Position numbers and translations under genes: made by a program
Assembly: GCA_965230425.1 (NCBI GenBank)
Contig: CBDDKW010000013.1
Span: 117,066 to 181,065, forward strand
Length of the DNA stretch: 64,000 nucleotides
Origin: Gammaproteobacteria bacterium
GTDB taxonomy: Bacteria > Pseudomonadota > Gammaproteobacteria > UBA1113
Direction of reading: 5' to 3'
In this document: positions 26,909-37,031 of the stretch, in pieces
How the letters are laid out: each line of letters opens with the position of its first letter
Position numbering within the stretch: position 1 is the first letter of the stretch
The notes under the pieces: generated by a model
The model's database searches: none
What the model was told of the DNA's origin: nothing
The model's input: only the letters and a program-made list of their open reading frames with translations

Positions 26909-27739
26909 ATGTACCGAAAATTGGGACGAATTTCCGTATTATTTGCTTCATTTTTATTCAGTTCAGTTTGTTATGCGCTACAACCGATGAATATGCCAAA
27001 AGGTGTAACGCCCATCAGTCATCAGATTTATACTTTGCACATGGTGACATTGTATATTTGTTGTGCGATTGGTGTGGTTGTCTTTGGTGTGCTGTTTTAT
27101 TCCTTAGTGAAGTACCGAAAGTCAAAAGGTGCACAGGCTGCAGAATTCCATGAGCATCTGTGGGTAGAGATTATTTGGACAGTCATCCCTACTTTAATTT
27201 TGGTTGGGCTTGCTATCCCGGCGACTATTGTGCTTGCGCATATCCATAATACTGAAGAATCTGATTTGAATATTAAGGTCGTGGGTATTCAGTGGAAGTG
27301 GGAATATGAATACCTGGACCAAGGTATTAAATTCATAAGTAATCTGTCTACACCTCAATCGCAAATTCAAAATCAAGAGCCGAAAGATCAATGGTATCTC
27401 TTAGATGTGGATAATCCCATGGTAGTGCCAATTAAGAAGAAGATTAAATTATTGGTTACCGCTGATGATGTTATTCATGATTGGTGGGTCCCCGAGTTGG
27501 GGGTTAAACAAGATGCTATTCCTGGCTATATCAATGAGAATTGGTTCTATGCTGAAAAACCAGGGGTATACCGTGGTCAATGTGGCGAGCTATGTGGGGT
27601 TTACCATGGTTTTATGCCGATTGTGGTTAAAGCAGTACCACAAGCAGAATTTGATGCTTGGGTGAAAGAACAACAAGCGAAGAAAAAAGCAGCAGCGAAT
27701 AAAGCGGCAAAGCAGATAGCCAAGCAAGCTGCCAGATGA
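26909..27739 (+). CDS. coxB: Cytochrome c oxidase subunit II
   Basis: Signal peptide plus two TM helices. The CuA site is DVIHDWWVP ... CGELCGVYHGFM. Confidence 0.9.
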   Translation: MYRKLGRISVLFASFLFSSVCYALQPMNMPKGVTPISHQIYTLHMVTLYICCAIGVVVFGVLFYSLVKYRKSKGAQAAEFHEHLWVEIIWTVIPTLILVGLAIPATIVLAHIHNTEESDLNIKVVGIQWKWEYEYLDQGIKFISNLSTPQSQIQNQEPKDQWYLLDVDNPMVVPIKKKIKLLVTADDVIHDWWVPELGVKQDAIPGYINENWFYAEKPGVYRGQCGELCGVYHGFMPIVVKAVPQAEFDAWVKEQQAKKKAAANKAAKQIAKQAAR

Positions 27740-27788
27740 AGAGAATATGAATCATAAGCGATAAACGCTAACAAGGAGCTACTATTTC

Positions 27789-29388
27789 ATGAGTGATGCA
27801 ATAACCGCAGGTGCCAGTGACGAACACCATGATCATGACCACCATGGTCCAGCAAAAGGCATTAAACGTTGGATTTTTACCACTAACCATAAAGATATTG
27901 GGACTTTGTACCTTTTCTTTAGTTTGATCATGTTTTTTTGTTGCTGGTGGTATGGCATTAGTCATTCGAACTGAGTTTATTTGAACCAGGTCAAGTCTTA
28001 GTAAATCCACAGTTCTTTAATGAAATGACCACATTGCATGGCCTTATTATGGTATTTGGTGTAGTGATGCCCTCAATGGCAGGTTTAGCTAACTGGATGA
28101 TACCCTTGATGATCGGTGCACCTGATATGGCTTTACCACGGTTAAATAATTGGAGTTTTTGGTTATTACCTTTCGCCTTTGCGATTCTATTAAGTACTTT
28201 GTTTATGAGTGGTGCTGCGCCAGATTTTGGCTGGACATTCTACGCGCCGTTGTCTACAACTTATGGACCTAAAAGCACTGACTTCTTTATTTTTTCAATA
28301 CATATCATGGGTATTTCATCTATTTTAGCCGCACTTAATATTATTGTGACCATTTTCAATATGCGCGCGCCAGGGATGACATGGTTTAAATTACCTATCT
28401 TTGTTTGGTCATGGGTCGTAACGGCGTTTTTACTATTAGCCGTGATGCCGGTGCTTGCGGGTTGTGTCACCATGATGTTGATGGATAGACATTTCCATAC
28501 TAGTTTCTTCAATGCCGCGGGTGGTGGTGACCCCGTGTTATTCCAGCATATTTTCTGGTTCTTTGGTCATCCAGAGTGTATATCTTAATTTTGCCTGCCT
28601 TCGGTGCGATTTCTGAAATGGTGCAAACCTTTGCACGTAAAAAATTATTTGGTTATCACGCCATGGTATTTGCAACCGTCATTATCGGTTTAGTGGGCTT
28701 TATCGTGTGGATGCACCATATGTTTGTTACGGGTGCGCCTTTGGATGCTCAATTATTCTTTATGTATGCCACCATGTTTGTCGCAGTACCAACAGGGATT
28801 AAAGTGTTTAACTGGGTAACTACTTTATTTAAAGGGTCTATTAGCTTTGAAACACCTATGTTATTTACCTTGGGTTTTTAGTCTTATTCACTATCGGTGG
28901 TTTTTCCGGCTTGATGCTGGCGATTGCGCCTAGTGATTATCAATATCGTGATAGCTACTTTGTGGTGCGCACTTCCACTATGTCTTGGTATCTGGATCCT
29001 TGTTTGCGGTGATGGGTTCAATTATTATTGGCTGCCTAAGTGGACTGGCCGTATGTATAATGAAACCTTGGGTAAGTGGCATTTTTGGTTAACTGCTATT
29101 AGTATGAATATTACTTTTTTCCCTATGCATTTTGTTGGTTTAGCGGGTATGCCGCGACGGATCCCTGACTATGCATTGCAATTCACTGACTTTAATCAGT
29201 TAGCATCTATTGGTGCATTTATCTTTGGTTTTTCACAATTGATTTTCGTCTATATTATCTTGAGAGCTTGTATGCACAAGGGTAAGCAAGCCACAGCAAA
29301 AGTATGGGATGGTGCACGTACACTAGAATGGACAGTCCCTTCACCAGCGCCTTATCATACTTTTGAAACACCTCCTAAGGTTGATTAG
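27789..29388 (+). pseudogene. coxA: Cytochrome c oxidase subunit I, disrupted by at least six 1-nt frameshifts
   Basis: Four ORF fragments (27789-27974, 28025-28588, 28576-28881, 28924-29388), plus short stretches read in other frames, jointly encode a full and highly conserved CoxA. Conserved blocks include [26 protein letters not shown](V)[30 protein letters not shown] and GMPRRIPDY. The frame changes are located in the findings. Confidence 0.85.
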
Positions 29389-29391
29389 TAA

Positions 29392-29553
29392 GATTCCCCG
29401 CAGCGGCTGCGGGCACTTTACGCTTAGGGATGCTTAAGGAGAGTCAGCGTAGATCCCCCTTAAGTTGATGTCGCGTGAATTTGGTTTGCGCAGGCGCAAT
29501 ATTACTAGGAAATAAAATCCCCGAGACTTGCTTCGGGGATTTTTATTGCCCCT
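29392..29553 (+). repeat. Copy 2 of the roughly 160-bp dispersed repeat, inserted between coxA and ctaG
   Basis: Aligns with 4208-4367. The 3' half also matches 36147-36220 and a fragment at 51968-51990. Confidence 0.65.
29514..29545 (+). terminator. Terminator-like hairpin inside repeat copy 2
   Basis: AAAATCCCCGA-GACTTGCT-TCGGGGATTTT forms an 11-bp stem followed by TTA. Confidence 0.55.
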
Positions 29554-29580
29554 CATTGTGAAGGGGAAGGCAAATACGTG

Positions 29581-30174
29581 ATGACAGATAATAACAACAA
29601 CACAAGCACACAAAACCATAAACGTCTTATCATTAAATTAGTCATCGGCGTTGTGTTTATGTTTGGCTTTGCTTATATGTTAGTGCCTTTATATACCTTA
29701 GTGTGTAAGCAAGTGGGCATCAATGGTCGCTCTAGTAATACTGCTGATGCTGTGCCTACAGGCATGCAAGTGGATAATTCACGTACGGTTAAAGTTGTTT
29801 TTTCTACCATGGTGCATGGGCGACTTGGATTTGAGTTTAAGCCGCAAACACATGATGTACATATTCATCCTGGCGAAACCAAAATGGTTTATTTTTATGC
29901 ACATAATGAGTCGGGACATGGGATCACTGTACAGGCTATTCCAAGTATTACCCCCGATGAAGCTGCTAAGTACTTAAAGAAAACCCAATGCTTTTGCTTT
30001 ACTCAGCAATATTTCTTCGATAATGAAAAAGCAGATATGCCAGTGTATTTTTATGTGGATCCACATTTACCTAAACAAGTGAAAGAAATTACCTTATCTT
30101 ATACTTTGTTTGATGCAACCCCCTTTGAGAAAAAACAAGAGCATTTCACCAAGGGGCGGGTTGAATTGCAGTAA
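29581..30174 (+). CDS. ctaG: Cytochrome c oxidase assembly protein CtaG/Cox11
   Basis: N-terminal TM helix, LVPLYTLVCK and the copper-binding CFCF motif. ATG 29581 is directly preceded by an in-frame GTG at 29578. Confidence 0.9.
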   Translation: MTDNNNNTSTQNHKRLIIKLVIGVVFMFGFAYMLVPLYTLVCKQVGINGRSSNTADAVPTGMQVDNSRTVKVVFSTMVHGRLGFEFKPQTHDVHIHPGETKMVYFYAHNESGHGITVQAIPSITPDEAAKYLKKTQCFCFTQQYFFDNEKADMPVYFYVDPHLPKQVKEITLSYTLFDATPFEKKQEHFTKGRVELQ

Positions 30175-30392
30175 CCAATACTTGTTTCGAGTCAGTGTAT
30201 CAATACATATATGAGACTTTAGTTGATGTATTACACTCATGTGTCAGAGTGCTTGCCTTTTATTTGGTTGATTATTATACATACCTTCGCAAGTACATCA
30301 CTTTGGCGCTAGGATCCCTGAAAATAACCCTGTGAAAAGTTTTATGTTCAAGCATGAGTATTGTATAATTTGTCACCCGCATTAGCATACCG

Positions 30393-31160
30393 GTGGACAT
30401 CATTATGGATGTTACGTATTTCAATTGGCGCAAGCATAGATATTGCGTGCAAATTACTTTCTGGCCCACCTTGGTGTGTGCGGTGTTGTTCTGTGTATTG
30501 ATTTTATTAGGGTTTTGGCAATTACACCGATATCATTGGAAGCAGCAATTGGTTGAACAATACCATAGCCGCTTACAACAGGTGCCTATTCCGTTAGGTC
30601 AAGCCATGCGGCAGGGCGAGCTGCGTTTTCAGCACGTATTTGTGCAAGGTCATTATCGTAACGAAGACACATTATTGTTAGACCATCGTATGCATGATCA
30701 ACGTATAGGATATGAAGTATTAACGCCTTTAAAGATTAAAGGACAAAACAAATTATTATTGGTAGATCGAGGTTGGTTGGCTAAACAATCAATGCCGGAT
30801 TTGCCGGCCATTACAAAGGTGGAAAATCTGCAAACTATCAGTGGCTATATTAAGTTGTTAGATGAAAAAGACTTCATTCTCGGTGAGAATACGCTACAAC
30901 CACAACAACGACCCTTAGTTATGCAACGCATTGACCTTGAAGAATTGTCTACGTTGACAAAGGAACAGTACTTACCATTTATATTACGATTAGATGCGGA
31001 CCAGCCACATGGGTTCGTACGTGATTGGCAAGTTGTAAATATGTTACCACAACGACATATGGCTTATGCGGTGCAATGGTTTGCCATGGCGTTAGTATTA
31101 CTTATTGCCTATGGTTGTTTATGTTGTAAAAGAATAGAGGAAGCATATCAAAGTGAGTAA
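30393..31160 (+). CDS. SURF1-family cytochrome oxidase biogenesis protein
   Basis: Two terminal TM helices, LGFWQLHR..WK and YAVQWFAMA motifs. The start is ambiguous (GTG 30393 or ATG 30405). Confidence 0.8.
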   Translation: MDIIMDVTYFNWRKHRYCVQITFWPTLVCAVLFCVLILLGFWQLHRYHWKQQLVEQYHSRLQQVPIPLGQAMRQGELRFQHVFVQGHYRNEDTLLLDHRMHDQRIGYEVLTPLKIKGQNKLLLVDRGWLAKQSMPDLPAITKVENLQTISGYIKLLDEKDFILGENTLQPQQRPLVMQRIDLEELSTLTKEQYLPFILRLDADQPHGFVRDWQVVNMLPQRHMAYAVQWFAMALVLLIAYGCLCCKRIEEAYQSE

Positions 31161-31713
31161 GCAAATCAAATCAGGAAAGCACGTTACCTTAATTGTATTA
31201 GCCTTTGCTATCCCTGTTTTCGCTGCATGGCTATTATACCATTTCCATGACCACTTTAATTTGAAAACAACCAATCAAGGCATTTTGTTCAAACCCGTAT
31301 TTAGCGTTGCACGCTATCTTCCACAGGATGAGGGACAACCGCATTGGCGCATACTGTATTTTTCTAAAGATTGCTGTCAGCAGAACTGTGAGCATATGTT
31401 GCATAATTTACATCAATTACGCCAAGCCCTAGGCAAGGAACAAGACCGAGTACAGTTAACATTATTAACCCAAAGCCAATGCAATGTCACAACTTATAAT
31501 GACATCCAACATTTAGCTTTATCTAAGAATCAAATGAATAGCTTTAATCATTTCATTGCTGAGAATGAATCTGCAGCACAAGTAACAGATGATAGTAAAA
31601 TTTATATTATTGACCCACACAGTAATATGGTGCTGTATTACTCTGGGCAAACTGATCCAATGAATATACTAAAAGATATGAAACATTTATTGAGGGCATC
31701 ACAAATTGGCTAA
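31153..31713 (+). CDS. Hypothetical membrane-anchored protein conserved in position within the cox assembly cluster
   Basis: One N-terminal TM helix and a Cys-rich segment DCCQQNCEH. It overlaps surf1 and ctaA by 8 nt each (translational coupling). GTG start. Confidence 0.55.
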   Translation: MSKQIKSGKHVTLIVLAFAIPVFAAWLLYHFHDHFNLKTTNQGILFKPVFSVARYLPQDEGQPHWRILYFSKDCCQQNCEHMLHNLHQLRQALGKEQDRVQLTLLTQSQCNVTTYNDIQHLALSKNQMNSFNHFIAENESAAQVTDDSKIYIIDPHSNMVLYYSGQTDPMNILKDMKHLLRASQIG

Positions 31714-32761
31714 ACGCTCTTGGTTATCAATACTGGCATTATTTGCCTGCTTCTTTGCCTTGGGGGTTATTGGCTTAGGCGCATTCACACGTTTAATGGA
31801 TGCTGGTTTAGGGTGTCCTGACTGGCCAGGTTGTTATGGGCATATTACTGTACCGCTTAACGCTCAAGCGCGCGCGGCAATCAATGCAATCTTTCCAGCG
31901 ACACCTTTAATCGTTTATAAAGCTTGGGCGGAAATGATTCACCGGTATTTTGCAGGTAGCTTAAGTATTCTTATCGTCATTTTATTAAGTATAGCCATCT
32001 ATACTCGTAAACAATATGATAATAAGACAACAATCCAATTGATGAGCTTTCTAATTTTCTTGGTGGCATATCAAATTATTTTAGGTCAACTTACAGTCAC
32101 ACTACAATTATTACCGATTATTGTTACTCAGCATTTAATGGGTGGATTTTTGATTTTTTCTACTTTGTGGGTTGTGTATTTATATAATCGCCCTCTGTCA
32201 TTTGCTAAGAATATCCCCACTATTGCAACGAGATATAAAATCATGGCGGCTATTGGCTTAGCATTGGTATTGATGCAGATTTTTCTAGGTGCTTGGACTA
32301 GCACAAATTATGCGTCATTAAGTTGTCCAGATTTTCCCTTTTGTCATAATGATCACATGTATATGCCGATGCACTTCCAGGCAGCCTTTAATTTACTCTC
32401 CCCTACAGGTGTAAATTATGATGGCGGAGTGTTACCCGATGATGTGCGAGCAACGATTCAAATGACTCACCGTTTAGGTGCCGTGGTCGTGACTCTTTAT
32501 CTCGTCTTTTTGGCGGCAATGATTGCATTAAAACTTAAATATCATGCACGCTTACAGCAGGCTATGTATGTAATGCTAGGTTTGTTGTTTGTGCAATTAT
32601 GTTTAGGCATTTCGAATATTATTTTTAAATTACCTTTATTAGTTGCTGTTTGCCACAATCTAACAGCAGCTTTGTTATTAGTCTCCGTGATTACGGTGAA
32701 TTTCTTAATGTATTGTACAATGGATAAAATTAATGGAAACACAAATGAATACAGCCGTTGA
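31706..32761 (+). CDS. ctaA: Haem A synthase COX15/CtaA
   Basis: 8-TM protein with [15 protein letters not shown] and paired His motifs. Apparent TTG start. Confidence 0.85.
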   Translation: MAKRSWLSILALFACFFALGVIGLGAFTRLMDAGLGCPDWPGCYGHITVPLNAQARAAINAIFPATPLIVYKAWAEMIHRYFAGSLSILIVILLSIAIYTRKQYDNKTTIQLMSFLIFLVAYQIILGQLTVTLQLLPIIVTQHLMGGFLIFSTLWVVYLYNRPLSFAKNIPTIATRYKIMAAIGLALVLMQIFLGAWTSTNYASLSCPDFPFCHNDHMYMPMHFQAAFNLLSPTGVNYDGGVLPDDVRATIQMTHRLGAVVVTLYLVFLAAMIALKLKYHARLQQAMYVMLGLLFVQLCLGISNIIFKLPLLVAVCHNLTAALLLVSVITVNFLMYCTMDKINGNTNEYSR

Positions 32762-33653
32762 TGTTGAAAAATGTGAAAACACAGGAGCAAGTTGGCGTGA
32801 CTATTTAGAGTTATGTAAACCACGCGTGGTGTTGTTGATGATCATTACTGCCATTGTTGGTATGTGCTTAGCAACCACTCATGCAGTGCCGCTACAAATC
32901 TTAATTTTTGGCACATTAGGTATTGCTTTCGCTGCGGGTGGTGCGGCCGTGGTTAATCATGTGGCCGATGAGCGTATTGATCGGAAAATGGCAAGAACCA
33001 AAAATAGACCCATTGTCCAAGGTAAAATTTCTCCACGCAATAGCATTATTTTCGCCAGTGTATTAGCTATTACGGCAATGACTGTATTAGTCATGTTTGT
33101 TAATACCTTAACTGCGGTGCTAACCTTTGCATCACTGATTGGCTATGCAGGTGTCTATACTTTATATCTTAAACACGCCACACCACAGAATATTGTGATT
33201 GGTGGTATTGCTGGAGCAGCACCGCCTTTATTAGGGTGGACTGCAGTCACAGGCCAAGTATCGGCTCAAGCCTTATTGCTGGTATTAATTATCTTTGTTT
33301 GGACTCCGCCGCATTTTTGGGCCTTAGCTATCTATCGTTTAGAGGATTATGTGAAAGCCAATGTGCCCATGTTACCCAAGACTCATGGAGTGAAATATAC
33401 AAAATTAAATATTCTGTTATATACAATTTTATTATTGTGTGTCAGTGTTTTGCCCTTTGTTATCCAAATGTCTGGATTAATTTACTTATTAACAACTTTA
33501 GTGATTGACCTACGTTTCTTATACTGGGTGTTAAAGCTATTTAAAACTGAAGATAAGAAAGTCGCGCTAAATACCTTTAAATTTTCAATTTATTATTTAG
33601 GTATTTTATTTGTTGCCTTACTAGTCGATCATTATTTCTACTTGAATATCTAA
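32733..33653 (+). CDS. cyoE: Protohaem IX farnesyltransferase (haem O synthase)
   Basis: UbiA-type motifs [19 protein letters not shown] and TPPHFWALA; follows ctaA. Confidence 0.9.
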   Translation: METQMNTAVDVEKCENTGASWRDYLELCKPRVVLLMIITAIVGMCLATTHAVPLQILIFGTLGIAFAAGGAAVVNHVADERIDRKMARTKNRPIVQGKISPRNSIIFASVLAITAMTVLVMFVNTLTAVLTFASLIGYAGVYTLYLKHATPQNIVIGGIAGAAPPLLGWTAVTGQVSAQALLLVLIIFVWTPPHFWALAIYRLEDYVKANVPMLPKTHGVKYTKLNILLYTILLLCVSVLPFVIQMSGLIYLLTTLVIDLRFLYWVLKLFKTEDKKVALNTFKFSIYYLGILFVALLVDHYFYLNI

Positions 33654-33670
33654 TGTGATGGGAGTTAACC

Positions 33671-34348
33671 ATGTCAACTGATGAACAACGCAAACGTAAT
33701 AATAAAACACTGGCAAGAATCGTCATTGTCTTTGCAGTTATTGCTGGGATCACCATGTATTATGGGAAAATTACCAAGCAAGCAAAGCCCAATACAGCCG
33801 TTAAAAATGTACAGATAGACGGTACCTGGTTACCAGAAGCGAAGAGTATCAGTGATTTTTCTTTTACTGATAATAAGGGCCAAGCATTTACTCAGTCAGA
33901 TTTGACAGGGCATTGGTCTTTTGTATTTTTTGGGTTTACAAATTGCGGTTATGTATGTCCAACTACAATGGCTGAATTGGCAAAGATGTATAAGACTCTT
34001 GAAAAAGAATTACCAGCCAAGGAAATGCCGCAGATAATTATGGTATCTGTGGATCCAGCCAGAGACTCTGTAGAACGTATGAATAGCTATGTCACCGCTT
34101 TTGACCCGCATTTCATTGGTTTACGTGCTAGTGCAGAAAAAACTTTACCTGTAGAAAAGGAATTACATATTGTTGCCGTGAAGATGCAACAGGAGCAAAG
34201 TACTAAAGATCAATATACAATTAATCACAGTGCTGAAATTATGTTATTTAATCCACAGGGTCAGTTACAAGCTTATCTATCATTCCCGCACACGGCAGAG
34301 CAGATGGTCAAAGATTATAAAGCGGTGTTAGCCGCGACTCATAGTTAA
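33671..34348 (+). CDS. SCO1/SenC copper chaperone
   Basis: TM anchor, thioredoxin fold with FGFTNCGYVCP (CxxxCP) and a downstream INHSAEI His. Confidence 0.85.
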   Translation: MSTDEQRKRNNKTLARIVIVFAVIAGITMYYGKITKQAKPNTAVKNVQIDGTWLPEAKSISDFSFTDNKGQAFTQSDLTGHWSFVFFGFTNCGYVCPTTMAELAKMYKTLEKELPAKEMPQIIMVSVDPARDSVERMNSYVTAFDPHFIGLRASAEKTLPVEKELHIVAVKMQQEQSTKDQYTINHSAEIMLFNPQGQLQAYLSFPHTAEQMVKDYKAVLAATHS

Positions 34349-34357
34349 GGTAGTACC

Positions 34358-34828
34358 ATGTTGAAGAGAATACTCTGTATCATTTTTATTTGTGCCAGCC
34401 TATTGCTGAGTGCTTGCAATGATACGCATAAGAGTTACAGCGATTTAAACGGTGATCGGCATAGTTTTGCTAATACGAATGGTGATTGGACTGTTTTGAA
34501 TTATTGGGCAAGTTGGTGTAAAGGCTGTATCGAGGAAATACCTGATTTAAATGCCATGGCAGCAGATTATCACGGTAAGCATATCCAAGTCATCGGCGTG
34601 AATTTCGATAATTTATCACTACATGATTTAGAGCAAGCAGTAAAAAAAGCGGGCATACAGTTTCCTGTGTTACGTGAGGACCCGCGTCAGGACCTAGGCT
34701 TACAGAGTATTGATGTATTACCTGCCACATTTATTATCGATCCACGTGGCCAGGTCGTGAAAACCTTATTAGGTCCCAGTACCGAATATCGCATTATTCA
34801 AGCAATACGTGAAGCAGGCAATGGCTGA
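34358..34828 (+). CDS. TlpA-like thioredoxin-fold lipoprotein
   Basis: Lipobox LLLSAC and the WASWCKGC redox motif. Confidence 0.8.
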   Translation: MLKRILCIIFICASLLLSACNDTHKSYSDLNGDRHSFANTNGDWTVLNYWASWCKGCIEEIPDLNAMAADYHGKHIQVIGVNFDNLSLHDLEQAVKKAGIQFPVLREDPRQDLGLQSIDVLPATFIIDPRGQVVKTLLGPSTEYRIIQAIREAGNG

Positions 34829-35252
34829 TAAAGCACAATTAAAAATATTTATTATTATGTTAATGCTGGTGAGTGCCGTCGCAGGGTTTATCGTATCCTT
34901 GTATTTTCATTCTCAAAAGGCGCAGCAAGCAGCGCCTAGTATCGTAGAGCAACAACGTACCTATCATTATCCCATTTCCTTCGTAGCACAACTCACAGAT
35001 GATCCTCATGCAGGTGAAAAAATATTTCATGAATTTTGTGCCTCCTGCCACGGTAAGCAGCCCTTGATCGAAGTCCATGCCCCACGCATTGGCCATAAAA
35101 AAGAATGGGAACAACGCCGTCATTTAAATATGGATACCTTATTATTGATTACACGTAATGGTGTAGGCCCTATGCCCGCCCGTGGTGGTTGTTTCGAGTG
35201 TAGCGATGAACAGCTAAAACAAGCGATCCAGTATATTTTTGATAATACTTAA
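34821..35252 (+). CDS. Membrane-anchored monohaem cytochrome c5-like protein
   Basis: TM helix, CASCH haem motif, GPMPARGGCFECSDEQLKQAIQYI c5-type tail. ATG 34821 is preferred over GTG 34809. Confidence 0.75.
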   Translation: MADKAQLKIFIIMLMLVSAVAGFIVSLYFHSQKAQQAAPSIVEQQRTYHYPISFVAQLTDDPHAGEKIFHEFCASCHGKQPLIEVHAPRIGHKKEWEQRRHLNMDTLLLITRNGVGPMPARGGCFECSDEQLKQAIQYIFDNT

Positions 35253-35551
35253 TTTTATATTACTGCCTATGTATTGTTTAGTTGCTTGCTATGAATGTTC
35301 CAGCACTTTTGTTGAATGATGTCTTAAAGATTCACTAGAGCTAATATCACCATCTTTCCTATTCCCTGGAGCAGCCAAAGATTACGGTGAAAATAGCCGC
35401 TTGTTTTACTTATCCTTTACGCATAGAATACTATACAAAATAGCAATAAATAATACAGAGAACCATATTATGTCAGCTACGTTAGATCAAGTTTTTACAG
35501 ATGTTTTAATAAGCTCATTAAACTATTGCGTGTCATAAGGAGTAATAAAAC

Positions 35552-36145
35552 ATGCCCCTAAAATATACATTTTGTATGAATAGAAAAGGCCAAATGACAG
35601 TTGCTCTCCCAGTTTCAGCATGCATGGTAACAGATCAAGAAGCAGGTATTAATCCAGCATTTATTCCGGGTATGATTAGTGTGAGAGTTAAACGAAGCGA
35701 ATTTATCCCGCCTAAGAAAACAAAAAGTGATGAACGTCATACGGTATCTTATGATGATCCTACTGATATTGAACTATTTGATGCACTTCATAAAAAAGAT
35801 ATGAATCTAATGTTACAAAGTGGTGGAAGATGGGGTCCTAGTGTCCCTATTGCGCTTTATTTGCCTACAGAATTATCACAAGAGGAAATGCAAGCTTCGG
35901 GATTTATAGTTGGCCGATCAGTTGAGATTGACAATGATGGCGGATACTCCTTGGCTAAGTTACATGCATTAGAAGAGTATTGTAATACTAAATTATCAGA
36001 TCTGGATGCATTAGCAAGTGTGTTTTTAAAATCAGGCGGAACGTTAAGTCAATTTTTAAACGTAATCAGTAATGAATTATCGGATTCTAATTCGCAGCAA
36101 GCCAGGCCTGATGATATAGCTAGAAGGCCATCATGCGGTACCTAG
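35552..36145 (+). CDS. Hypothetical 197-aa protein (orphan)
   Basis: Strong AAGGAG 8 nt upstream of the ATG, and coding-like composition. No motif recognised. Confidence 0.55.
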   Translation: MPLKYTFCMNRKGQMTVALPVSACMVTDQEAGINPAFIPGMISVRVKRSEFIPPKKTKSDERHTVSYDDPTDIELFDALHKKDMNLMLQSGGRWGPSVPIALYLPTELSQEEMQASGFIVGRSVEIDNDGGYSLAKLHALEEYCNTKLSDLDALASVFLKSGGTLSQFLNVISNELSDSNSQQARPDDIARRPSCGT

Positions 36146-36146
36146 T

Positions 36147-36255
36147 TTAACTTGATTCACGCAGGCGAAATATTACTAGGAAATAAGATCTCTCGAGGCT
36201 TGCCTCAGGGCGTCTTATTTCGATCTGAAGTTAATATACCCTTAGGCAAGCCTCG
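36147..36255. repeat. Partial copy 3 of the dispersed repeat plus a 12-bp perfect inverted repeat between convergent genes
   Basis: 36147-36220 matches the 3' half of the 160-bp family (TTGATTCACGCAGGCGAAATATTACTAGGAAATAAGATC...). CGAGGCTTGCCT at 36194-36205 pairs with AGGCAAGCCTCG at 36244-36255. Confidence 0.55.
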
Positions 36256-36266
36256 GCGTATGTTAC

Positions 36267-36977
36267 TTAGAAAATTTCATTAAAGAAATTTTGCATAGCT
36301 TGCCAAGCACGTTGTGTGGTACACGCATCATAAACTGTACCGAATTCATGATCATTTGCCATAGGATTGGTAAAGGCATGTAAGGCTTGACCGTAGGCAT
36401 GTACTTGCCAATCCACGTTTTGCTCTGTCATTTCTTTGGCAAATTCCAATACCTGGTCTGGTGGTACCATAGGATCGGCATAACCATGTAATACGAGCAC
36501 TTTGCTTTTAATAGTGTGCTGAGGTAATTCGGGTTTATTTAATAAGCCGTGAAAGCTAACCACACCTTTAACATCAGCACCTGACCGAGCTAAGTCTAAG
36601 ATGCATAACCCACCAAAGCAAAAACCAATGGCGCCAATTTGTTGTTTATTTACTTGTTCACAGGCTTGTAAGGTGTTTAGTGCGGCAAGCATACGATCTT
36701 TGAGTAAATTGCGATCTTCAAGCAGTGGTTGGATTAATTGGGTCTTTTCTTCATTATCACTGCCTAATGCACCGTTCCCATACATATCTAGGGCAAAGGT
36801 TACATAGCCTAATTCAGCTAATGCTTGCGCCTTTTCACGTGCAAATTCATTGCAGCCAGTCCAATCGGGTGCAACTAATATTCCAGGTCTTGGTTCATTT
36901 ATACTTTTATCATAGTAAAGATGACCTTTTAAGGTGGTTTCCTGGGTGTCTTGATAGTCGATATTAGTTGTATACAT
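36267..36977 (-). CDS. Dienelactone hydrolase family protein
   Basis: GFCFGG nucleophile motif (Cys), LHGYADP and a C-terminal H, in a 236-aa alpha/beta fold. Confidence 0.85.
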   Translation of the reverse strand: MYTTNIDYQDTQETTLKGHLYYDKSINEPRPGILVAPDWTGCNEFAREKAQALAELGYVTFALDMYGNGALGSDNEEKTQLIQPLLEDRNLLKDRMLAALNTLQACEQVNKQQIGAIGFCFGGLCILDLARSGADVKGVVSFHGLLNKPELPQHTIKSKVLVLHGYADPMVPPDQVLEFAKEMTEQNVDWQVHAYGQALHAFTNPMANDHEFGTVYDACTTQRAWQAMQNFFNEIF

Positions 36978-37031
36978 GATTCTATAAATCCTTTTCTATA
37001 TTGAATAACTTTTTACTGGTTGGTACTCCAG

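Noticed and set aside
27768-28512. Minus-strand ORFs 27768-28010 and 28261-28512 within the coxA region
   Set aside because: They are antisense to sequence that clearly encodes conserved CoxA peptides, so they are shadow ORFs rather than replacement genes.
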